DNA of 24,000 nt, from NCBI GenBank assembly GCA_026993785.1, contig JALWRZ010000001.1:17559-41558 (forward strand), in the 5' to 3' direction. Positions 15,885 to 23,019 of the stretch are shown in pieces. A program made the position numbers and the translations under genes. This stretch comes from DHVE2 group archaeon (GTDB lineage Archaea; Thermoplasmatota; Thermoplasmata; Thermoplasmatales; Aciduliprofundaceae). The notes beneath the pieces are model-generated. The model was given only the letters and a program-made list of their open reading frames with translations. It was not told where the DNA came from and ran no database searches. Numbering within the stretch: the first letter of the stretch is position 1; each line of letters opens with the position of its first letter.

Positions 15885-16055
15885 TCAAGAGGTAGGCCAG
15901 AACCGGAGGGCAAGTTCAACGATTATTGCGAAGATAACTGCCATATAGACTACCAGCTTGGGATCCAGCTTGGGACCCTTTGTCTTCTCCTCCTCGAAAT
16001 AGCGAATAAGACCAGCTGCGGATTGAAAGCCTGTACCCTTGCTCTTCTTTGCCAT
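15885..16055 (-). CDS. Preprotein translocase subunit Sec61beta (archaeal SecG)
   Basis: Not in the ORF track (56 aa). My own translation gives MAKKSKGTGFQSAAGLIRYFEEEKTKGPKLDPKLVVYMAVIFAIIVELALRFWPTS. It has the hallmark SAAGLIRYF motif plus a C-terminal TM anchor. Confidence 0.85.
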   Translation of the reverse strand: MAKKSKGTGFQSAAGLIRYFEEEKTKGPKLDPKLVVYMAVIFAIIVELALRFWPTS

Positions 16056-16081
16056 GTTTGTTACCTTAACCGTTACACATT

Positions 16082-17329
16082 TTAAACTTTTCGCTCTTCT
16101 GCCGCTCCATTTTCAGGGGCACCCCATCCCTCTATTCTCTTCATGAACATGGCCCCTGCAGTGAGCAGGATTATGGACAAAACAAAGGTGTATATGAAAC
16201 CAACTAAATCCACTAACAATCCACCGGTGAAGTTTCCTAAACTCACAGCCAGACCATTTATGAAATTGTAGAATGAGAGAGCACGATCCCTCTCCTTCTC
16301 AAGGGCTACACGGCCCACATAGGAGAGATTTGATATGGAAATGTAGGCCCAGCTTATTCCAATGAGAATAGAGCCCAAAATAGCAATGGGTGCAAGGAAC
16401 CCTTGAATTGCTGGGGAGAATAGAAACACTGAGAGTCCCAGCGTCCTCATCATAACTCCATAGTAGAAAAGATAGCCACTGGTATCGTGACTAAGCTTCT
16501 TTGAGACCCTCCTGTACCATAGGGTTGAGAATATTGTCATGAAGGTATACACAAGGTATGGCCATATTCTCTGGTGGTACTGATAATGGGCATATACAAC
16601 CACCTGAGGCACAATAAGTCCTGATACAAAGAAAACAATGAAAACAGAGGCAAAGAAGTGATAAAGCTTGTAATTTTTAGGCGGGGTGAGGGAGGGAAGA
16701 AAAAACATCACAAGAGGGGCGAATCTTATCCTTTCCAGAAAAGGTTTTCTTGCTCTTTTTATCTTTCTTTTCACCGCGCTTTTCATTTTTTCCTTCGCTC
16801 TAAAGGTAGCAAGATGTATTGGCAGAGCTGCAAAATTTATGGTGGAAAATATGAGAAGAATATCTCTTGAGGGCAGAAAGGGGGAGAGAACCAAAGAAAG
16901 GATTACGCCTCCTGCCCAAGACCAGCCAGCAAGAGCGTTGAGCTTGCCCTGTTCCGCATCCCACTCTTCCTTGGGCGAGATTTCAAATACAACTTTTGTA
17001 ATAGCTGGCACTACGGAGGCAACAAAGAAGTTGCCAGCGAAATAAATCATCGAAATTATAGGTATGGAGGAGAAGAGGGAAAGAGCGAGAAGGAGAAAGG
17101 TGTAGGATATTATACCAACAATCATAAGAGTTTTGTATTTTACACCTCTAGCAGAGAAATTTCCCCAGATTATTATACCCAGAAGCGTGCCCATTGACCC
17201 CATGAAAAGGGTAAATCCTACATCCATTGGATTTCCGCCAATCTCAAGTAGATAAACAGGGAGCACTATGGTACCCGCACCCATGGCGGCGCGATGCGGT
17301 ATTAGACCCAGAAACTCTTTGCGAACCAT
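16082..17329 (-). CDS. MFS-type transporter
   Basis: About 12 TM segments throughout. The track start at 17431 is TTG. The ATG at 17329 (MVRKEFLGLIPHRAAMGAG..) lies about 30 nt downstream of a minus-strand TTTTAAATATT box. Confidence 0.75.
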   Translation of the reverse strand: MVRKEFLGLIPHRAAMGAGTIVLPVYLLEIGGNPMDVGFTLFMGSMGTLLGIIIWGNFSARGVKYKTLMIVGIISYTFLLLALSLFSSIPIISMIYFAGNFFVASVVPAITKVVFEISPKEEWDAEQGKLNALAGWSWAGGVILSLVLSPFLPSRDILLIFSTINFAALPIHLATFRAKEKMKSAVKRKIKRARKPFLERIRFAPLVMFFLPSLTPPKNYKLYHFFASVFIVFFVSGLIVPQVVVYAHYQYHQRIWPYLVYTFMTIFSTLWYRRVSKKLSHDTSGYLFYYGVMMRTLGLSVFLFSPAIQGFLAPIAILGSILIGISWAYISISNLSYVGRVALEKERDRALSFYNFINGLAVSLGNFTGGLLVDLVGFIYTFVLSIILLTAGAMFMKRIEGWGAPENGAAEERKV

Positions 17330-17353
17330 GGGCAGCCTTTTTAATTCGAGGCA

Positions 17354-17406
17354 ATATTTAAAATTAACTTCCTCATCCTCTACCTGGAAAAGAAAACTAT
17401 TTAAAC
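17354..17406. promoter_or_regulatory. Divergent promoter region: TATA for the MFS gene (minus strand, 17354-17364) and TATA for the surface protein (plus strand, ctatttaaac at 17397-17406)
   Basis: AT-rich boxes at appropriate spacing. The surface-protein gene also has GGAGGG at 17441-17446, 8 nt before its ATG. Confidence 0.45.
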
Positions 17407-17454
17407 GGAAAGAGATTTTCCCCCTCACCAACGATTGTATGGAGGGAAAAACCC

Positions 17455-20400
17455 ATGGACAGAAGAAGATTGATAAAAGGAGAAGTGATAGCAGCGATCG
17501 TCCTGCTGCTGCTCAGCGGGCTATTCCTTATGGGGAGCAGCAGTGCACTAGAGCCACAGACAGGTAGTATTAGCTTCGTAGTGATTTATAGAGATGCCGT
17601 TACCCATGAAAGTGATTTTCTCTCTGGTGTGAAGGCTTATCTTTACGATATTGATGGTAATCTTGTTGCTGAAAAAACTTCCACACCTCTTGTCAAGTTC
17701 GATAATGTGGAATATGGGGTATATACTATTAAGATAGAGCCGGTGAAAATAGGCTCTTATGTGTTTGATGCGGGATATGCCATAGTGGTGCTGAATTCCC
17801 AGGGAGCAAGACTTCTCAGTGGTGGTGAATTCACCAACATTACATTGCAGAGAAATCCCCTAGATTCGGAGATTGAAGTGAATCTCACAAAGGGTGGACA
17901 AGCTGTGGAAGGTGAGGTTTACATCTACACCCACAGCTGCCTGATTGCCAAGGAAGACGTTTTTGGTAATCATCTTGCGTCCAATTCATCTCAACTTGCC
18001 AAGTTCTCCGTTACTTTCCCAGCGGTTATCAAGGTTGTCTACACCGAGGGTGGCGTGCAGGAGAATTACTACACTGTGGCGAACAGCAACGGCACCGTGA
18101 ATGTGGAATTAAATGACTTTGTGAAGATTTGGGGAATAGTATGGGATTCTGCCACAAACAGTATTGTGAGTGAGACTACTCGGATAACCTTGGCTCAGAA
18201 GAGCAATGATTATCCCCTTATAACATTCACATCCCAGGATGGAACCTTCAGCATATATCTTAAAAATAGCGAGTACCAGAGCTACTATCTTACCATAACC
18301 TCAGACGGCTACGGTGTTGCTAAAGAGGTGCCCCAAACAACCCTGATGAATATATATCTCAATCCTGTAGAATCTGAGCATAGCTACTCACTAACACTTT
18401 CCGATGATCTCAAGACACTAAATGTGAAATATACTTTCGATGTGCTGGAGGCTACCATATTGCAGGGTCTGCCCTACAACAACTACGGTGTGCTATCCTA
18501 TCAAATGAAGCTCTTGGGAATGAGCAGCTCAGAATTGATAAGCTATATGGAGAATAGGATAAAGAGGTACACTAATGGCTTCATCACCCTCGATGGAAAA
18601 CTGTATGAGCTGCAGAGCAAGACTGCAAGTTATAAACTCATCACCAAGGAAGGCGAGAGCGGTTACGAATTCACAATTCAGGCCACTTATTATAACGATG
18701 GAATAAATAAGGATAAGCTTCTGAATGATGGAAGCATCGAGCTTCTCCTCTACGCAAATCCTGACAAGGTTCTGGGAGTTAAAAGGGTATATACCTACAC
18801 TCTTACACTGCCCAATGACCTTGAGAGAAGCAACGAGATAACTGATGCCAATGTGAGTGGCTACATTGGAAGCCTTAATATCAGTGAGGTAGAGAGAACT
18901 CCACTGAGTCTCATACTAAAAGAGAGAAAAGCGCCTGAAATACGTCTAGATCCCGTACATTTCAAGTTTGGATGGGAGAAGATGAAAAATGGAGATTACA
19001 TAGTTAACCAGTCTTCCGATAACTATACAATTGTGGTTCCTGCAAATGTAGATGTGTGGTTCAATGCCTCCAGTGTTGTTTACGATGTGGTGAGAGGTGT
19101 AGTTGACGGGAAGAACACTACCTTCCTATGGACATTGGATTCTACCACCCTGGCTTCTGGCAAGGGCGTTTACAACGTCTCCGCCAAATTAAGCCAAGGT
19201 AAACACATACTCAAGCTCCAGGCTACAGATGTTGGAGATAATACCAATGAGACAAGCATAACTATCTTGGCAGATTCTAGCTGGCCGACAGCCAATATAG
19301 TTATAAGGGATCCATCGGGCAAAGTTCTTGCAACAATAAATGAAACCTCGGATCTTAAGAATGTGAAATATAATATTGGAGGAAACAGGGGTCAGGTAGC
19401 TATAGTGAACAATATGGCCAATATATCTGCGACCTTGGTGATAAATGAATCGGAGGAAATCGTTTACGACGCATCCAATAGCTATGACACCTATGATGGT
19501 GTGCACAAAGTGGCGTTGCCTTTGGATGTAGAATGGAACTTCAATGGCAAGAGCTCCACCGCGATAAACAAGACCTACGCATTTGATATGCCATCGAGAA
19601 ATGGGACATACAAGATAAAGGTAACCTTTAGGGATGCTGTCAATAATTCATTTACAATAACCTTCAATGTGAAAGTTAAAGATATAACCAAACCCGTGAT
19701 AAAGCTGAAGATTCTCTCCAATGGTAAAGAGGTCAGTGAAGTTAAGGAGGGCGAGGATGTGCTCTTCGACGCCTCTGAGAGCTATGATCCGGATAATGGA
19801 ACCATAGCTTCCTATTCCTGGACAATAAAGGATAGCAAGTACAACGTGGTGAATAGTAGTGTCTATCAGCTTATCAACGGAAGCTTCTCCTCTGATAAGC
19901 TGGAGCTCAAATTCACCAAGTATGGCACCTATTATATCATTCTCAACATAACCGATAAGGATGGAAACTACGCGACGCTAAACAGAAGCATTCATGTCAC
20001 ACCAGTTAGGCCTGATCTGGGAATAAATAGCGTGGACGTGAAGGGAGAGAAGATCGAGGGCAAAAAACTGATATTCCAGGTAAATGTAACCAACAATGGA
20101 AATAAGGATGCAAGTGTGTACTACATAGCTATAATAGTGAATGGTAAAGAGGTTGCCAATGAAAGCTTCTCCAATCTGGCCAACGGTACTCATGTGATTC
20201 AGAATGTTACTTGGACGCCCGATTCACCAGGAAAGTACAAGGTAACCGTGAAGGTATACTGCCCCGATGAACCTTCCAGCTATCTCAGCGATAACGAGAA
20301 GAAGATCGATGTCACAGTGAACCAGGCACCTTGGAAGACTCCGGCCATAGTGATTGGCGTTATAGCCATCATTGGTGTACTTGGGTACATAGGATGGGTG

Positions 20401-20469
20401 GCGCAGAAGAAGAAAAAGGAAGGAAAGAAATTCACAAAGAAAACAAAGCAGAAGAAAGAGAAAAAATAA
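17455..20469 (+). CDS. Large secreted cell-surface glycoprotein (S-layer or surface-adhesin candidate) with CarboxypepD_reg-like, PKD-like and CARDB-like domains and a C-terminal TM anchor
   Basis: Signal peptide MDRRRLIKGEVIAAIVLLLLSGLFLMGSSSA. PKD signature VLFDASESYDPDNGTIASYSWTIKD. CARDB-like PDLGINSVDVKGEKIEGKKLIFQVNVTNNGNKDAS...VTWTPDSPGKYKVTVKV. More than two dozen N-x-S/T sequons by eye. C-terminal TM segment AIVIGVIAIIGVLGYIGWV followed by a Lys-rich tail. Confidence 0.8.
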   Translation: MDRRRLIKGEVIAAIVLLLLSGLFLMGSSSALEPQTGSISFVVIYRDAVTHESDFLSGVKAYLYDIDGNLVAEKTSTPLVKFDNVEYGVYTIKIEPVKIGSYVFDAGYAIVVLNSQGARLLSGGEFTNITLQRNPLDSEIEVNLTKGGQAVEGEVYIYTHSCLIAKEDVFGNHLASNSSQLAKFSVTFPAVIKVVYTEGGVQENYYTVANSNGTVNVELNDFVKIWGIVWDSATNSIVSETTRITLAQKSNDYPLITFTSQDGTFSIYLKNSEYQSYYLTITSDGYGVAKEVPQTTLMNIYLNPVESEHSYSLTLSDDLKTLNVKYTFDVLEATILQGLPYNNYGVLSYQMKLLGMSSSELISYMENRIKRYTNGFITLDGKLYELQSKTASYKLITKEGESGYEFTIQATYYNDGINKDKLLNDGSIELLLYANPDKVLGVKRVYTYTLTLPNDLERSNEITDANVSGYIGSLNISEVERTPLSLILKERKAPEIRLDPVHFKFGWEKMKNGDYIVNQSSDNYTIVVPANVDVWFNASSVVYDVVRGVVDGKNTTFLWTLDSTTLASGKGVYNVSAKLSQGKHILKLQATDVGDNTNETSITILADSSWPTANIVIRDPSGKVLATINETSDLKNVKYNIGGNRGQVAIVNNMANISATLVINESEEIVYDASNSYDTYDGVHKVALPLDVEWNFNGKSSTAINKTYAFDMPSRNGTYKIKVTFRDAVNNSFTITFNVKVKDITKPVIKLKILSNGKEVSEVKEGEDVLFDASESYDPDNGTIASYSWTIKDSKYNVVNSSVYQLINGSFSSDKLELKFTKYGTYYIILNITDKDGNYATLNRSIHVTPVRPDLGINSVDVKGEKIEGKKLIFQVNVTNNGNKDASVYYIAIIVNGKEVANESFSNLANGTHVIQNVTWTPDSPGKYKVTVKVYCPDEPSSYLSDNEKKIDVTVNQAPWKTPAIVIGVIAIIGVLGYIGWVAQKKKKEGKKFTKKTKQKKEKK

Positions 20470-20476
20470 ACATCCC

Positions 20477-20494
20477 TTTCTTTTTACATTTTTT
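20477..20494 (+). terminator. Oligo-T tracts (tttcTTTTTacaTTTTTT) just after the surface-protein stop, inside the convergent argS 3' end
   Basis: T5 at 20481-20485 and T6 at 20489-20494. Confidence 0.45.
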
Positions 20495-22139
20495 CTGGGG
20501 CTTCTATTCCCAGTAAATTAAGCAGATCTTTTATCACTTCTTTGAACGCTTTGACCAAAGCAAAGCGAAATTCTCTTACGCCCTTCTCTGCTTTTATAAC
20601 CGGGCAATCTCTGTAAAACTGGTTAAACTGTGCGGCGAGGGTGTAAGCGTATTTCGCTACAAGATAGGGAGATAGCCTGGTAGCGGCGTCCCTAATTACA
20701 TCGGGATATTTGGCGAGGAGTTTAAGAAGCCTAGTCTCCTGGGGATGGGATATCTGTGATGCATCAAATTCCCCACTCCAAGACACCTTTCTTAGAATAC
20801 TGGATGCTCTGGCATAGGTGTACTGGATAAACGGGCCACTTTCCCCTTCAAAGCTAAGCGCATTCTCCCAGCGGAACGTCATGGGCTTTTCCTCCTGAAC
20901 ATTGAGAATATGAAATCTTATGGCGCCTACCGCCACCATCTGTGTTATTCTCTCTAACTCCTCTTCTCCATAACCCCTATCTTTTATTATCTCCCTAACT
21001 TTCTCCATGGCTTCATTTACCAGGTCATCGAGATAAACTACCCTGCCCTGCCTGGTGCTCATCTTCCCTTCTGGCAGCTTAACAAAGGAATAGAACAGGG
21101 CATAAAGCTCTGCATCAGGCTTAATTATCTGTAAAAGCCTTTTTATGGCTTCAAAATGCAGTTTATGGTCTTCGCCAAGAACATCTATATTTTTCTTTGC
21201 TCTCTCTGCCTTGTATAGATGATAGGCTATATCCCTTAGTGGATATAGTGTTGTGCCATCACTGCGATATAGATATAGCTTTTCCTTTCCTTCTATACCC
21301 AGTTTTTTGAGGTCTGCATAGTACGCACCATCTTCCTCTGAAATGTAATCTCTTAAAAGGGGCAGGATTTCCCGCGCCTTATCCACCAGTGAGGATTCCC
21401 ACACAAATTCATCGAATTCGATATTTATTCTACGCAGACTTTCTATAATACCTCTCATTATTCCTCCAACATATTTTTTGGCAAGCTCCCGCAGTTCTGG
21501 GTCTCCTCGCTCATATCTCCATATAATATCCTGAACCTTCTTCTCCAATTCTGGATCTTTTTCAGCCTCCTTATACGCCGCTTGATAATATTTCACATAC
21601 CTGTAATCCTCCCTTTCATTATCTTCTTCAATACGGATGTTTTTGACGCCCCATAGCAGCATAGCTACCTGCTTGCCCACATCATTAACGAAATAATGGA
21701 TCTCCACCTCATGACCGTATCTCCTCAAAATTCTGCCCATAGAGTCTCCTATGAGAGAGTTGCGGGTTCTCCCTACATGGAGCGGTCCTGTGGGATTGGC
21801 GCTGGTATGCTCAACTATCACCTTCTCCTTCTTCTCAAACTCAAAAATTCTACCCTCCAGCACAGCATTTAGGGTTATCTTTGCCAATTTTTTTGGAGAA
21901 ATGCGAAAATTCACATACCCTGCTACGCTCTCTATATTCTCAAAATAATCGCTCTTTTCAATATTCTCAGCTATTTCTCTCGCTATATCTATCGGACTCT
22001 TTCTTCTTTCCTTGGCTAGAGGAAAGCAGGGAAATGTAAAATCACCAAACTCTTCCCTCGCCTCTTCAACTTTTCCTGGATAGCCCGCACTTTTGAGTAG
22101 TCTCTCGGCCTCGTCCCTGAAAATTTTCAGTATTTCCAT
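20484..22139 (-). CDS. argS: Arginine--tRNA ligase
   Basis: 551 aa. The class I HIGH region is HTSANPTGPLHVGRTRN. The Arg-tRNA-synthetase N-terminal domain and a C-terminal DALR-type anticodon-binding region (..YTYARASSILRK..) are present. Confidence 0.93.
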   Translation of the reverse strand: MEILKIFRDEAERLLKSAGYPGKVEEAREEFGDFTFPCFPLAKERRKSPIDIAREIAENIEKSDYFENIESVAGYVNFRISPKKLAKITLNAVLEGRIFEFEKKEKVIVEHTSANPTGPLHVGRTRNSLIGDSMGRILRRYGHEVEIHYFVNDVGKQVAMLLWGVKNIRIEEDNEREDYRYVKYYQAAYKEAEKDPELEKKVQDIIWRYERGDPELRELAKKYVGGIMRGIIESLRRINIEFDEFVWESSLVDKAREILPLLRDYISEEDGAYYADLKKLGIEGKEKLYLYRSDGTTLYPLRDIAYHLYKAERAKKNIDVLGEDHKLHFEAIKRLLQIIKPDAELYALFYSFVKLPEGKMSTRQGRVVYLDDLVNEAMEKVREIIKDRGYGEEELERITQMVAVGAIRFHILNVQEEKPMTFRWENALSFEGESGPFIQYTYARASSILRKVSWSGEFDASQISHPQETRLLKLLAKYPDVIRDAATRLSPYLVAKYAYTLAAQFNQFYRDCPVIKAEKGVREFRFALVKAFKEVIKDLLNLLGIEAPEKM

Positions 22140-22159
22140 AGGGGCTTCATTGCAACCAT

Positions 22160-22789
22160 CTAAAAATAACTTTCTCTACCTATAATCTTCAGAATATCCT
22201 GGGGTGTGCGTGCTAAATAATCTGGTTTAAATCTTATTAAGAAACTCTCATCTCGAAATCCCCAGGTTACCGCTATGCTCTTAACTCCTACATGTTTCGC
22301 TGCGAGGATATCCATCTCCGTATCACCTACTACGAAGGTATGCTCCTTATTTTCTCCAGCAAGCTGGATGGCCTTTTCTATCCCCTCACCATGGGGCTTC
22401 TTTCTGCTTACATCGTCAGCCCCTATTACGATGGGAAAAAGATGTAAGATGCCCAGATATTGGAGATCCCTCAAAGCTACCCATCTTTTCTTGGAAGTGT
22501 AGATGGCTTTCTTGAATCCTCCATTCATAACAAGCTCATCCATTCCCGGAAAAACCCTTATCCTCCTTTTCTGAAGCCCGAGATAAACCTTTCTTATCTC
22601 CTCATGCACCTTTGGATCATAATGTCCAAGCAGGGATTCTATGAGCTCCTCTATTGCAAGACCTATATTCTCCACAAGCCTTTTCTCATCCAGCCTCAAC
22701 CCCAAATTTTCAAAGGCCTTCCGAAAGGTGTACTCTATTTCCTCCCTTGTATCTATGAGAGTCCCATCGAGATCAAATATCACAAGCAT
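22160..22789 (-). CDS. HAD-superfamily phosphatase (phosphoglycolate phosphatase-like, subfamily IA)
   Basis: MLVIFDLDGTLIDT (motif I), IYTSKKR (motif II) and VGDTEMDILAAKHVG (motif IV). Confidence 0.82.
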   Translation of the reverse strand: MLVIFDLDGTLIDTREEIEYTFRKAFENLGLRLDEKRLVENIGLAIEELIESLLGHYDPKVHEEIRKVYLGLQKRRIRVFPGMDELVMNGGFKKAIYTSKKRWVALRDLQYLGILHLFPIVIGADDVSRKKPHGEGIEKAIQLAGENKEHTFVVGDTEMDILAAKHVGVKSIAVTWGFRDESFLIRFKPDYLARTPQDILKIIGRESYF

Positions 22790-22821
22790 CGATAGATTAT
22801 TTCTTTATCCTAATTAAACTC

Positions 22822-22843
22822 TCTCCAGTGGATCCACTGGAGA
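22822..22843. promoter_or_regulatory. Perfect 22-bp palindrome tCTCCAGTGGATCCACTGGAGa, just upstream of a TTTAATTA box and the HAD/argS start
   Basis: Direct reading. It is made of two abutting 9-mers, TCCAGTGGA and TCCACTGGA, and each 9-mer is itself a dyad. Confidence 0.5.
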
Positions 22844-22946
22844 CCTGGAAATGCGTGCAAATCCCCGTGGACCCTAAATTAAGAAAATTCAAAATAGAAC
22901 CTGTGTAAGAAAGGCTATCCTTTTAAAAATTGAGAGCTTCACAGAG

Positions 22947-23019
22947 CGGGCCCGCCGGGATTCGAACCCGGGTCGTGGGGTCCGAAGCCCCACAGTCTAA
23001 TCCCCTAGCCTACGGGCCC
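22947..23019 (-). tRNA. tRNA-Arg (anticodon UCG), 73 nt, no encoded CCA
   Basis: Minus-strand sequence: GGGCCCGTAGGCTAGGGGATTAGACTGTGGGGCTTCGGACCCCACGACCCGGGTTCGAATCCCGGCGGGCCCG. There is a 7-bp acceptor stem, a T-arm CCGGG-TTCGAAT-CCCGG, and an anticodon arm TGGGG-CTTCGGA-CCCCA giving UCG. The D-arm is irregular (G.A mismatch and an extra nucleotide before position 26). A T5 run follows about 20 nt downstream. Confidence 0.8.

Noticed and set aside
14159-17329. The minus-strand run HD hydrolase / CMD-AhpD / Mpg / Sec61beta / MFS as a dedicated novel stress or defence system
   Set aside because: The components are common stand-alone housekeeping or repair families. No nuclease, ATPase, sensor or toxin-like partner is present, and the inclusion of essential Sec61beta argues for incidental operonic packing. 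Only the Mpg N-terminal extension is flagged.
17268-17567. 99-aa plus-strand ORF spanning the MFS/surface-protein promoter region
   Set aside because: It runs through both TATA boxes and overlaps the signal-peptide-encoding start of the 1004-aa gene in another frame. The product is Arg/Ser-rich low complexity.
1700-22795. The remaining 60-120 aa antisense or alternative-frame track ORFs (for example 1700, 2190, 2348, 3117, 3462, 3908, 4155, 4540, 4586, 5251, 5595, 5620, 6265, 6571, 7171, 7596, 8475, 8868, 9859, 10513, 10651, 10989, 11358, 11533, 12381, 12404, 12889, 13795, 14433, 14845, 16658, 16686, 19189, 19978, 20331, 21751, 22275, 22460, 23383)
   Set aside because: Each lies wholly inside, or antisense to, a gene with strong family-level motifs. 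None has its own promoter or SD signal or any recognisable motif.
22822-22946. Replication origin (ORB-like TCCAGTGGA dyads next to an AT-rich stretch)
   Set aside because: The intergenic region is only about 150 bp. There is a single palindrome, with no additional ORB or mini-ORB copies flanking a DUE, and no orc1/cdc6 gene in the window. A transcription-factor operator is the simpler reading. The idea is kept only as a low-probability alternative in the findings.
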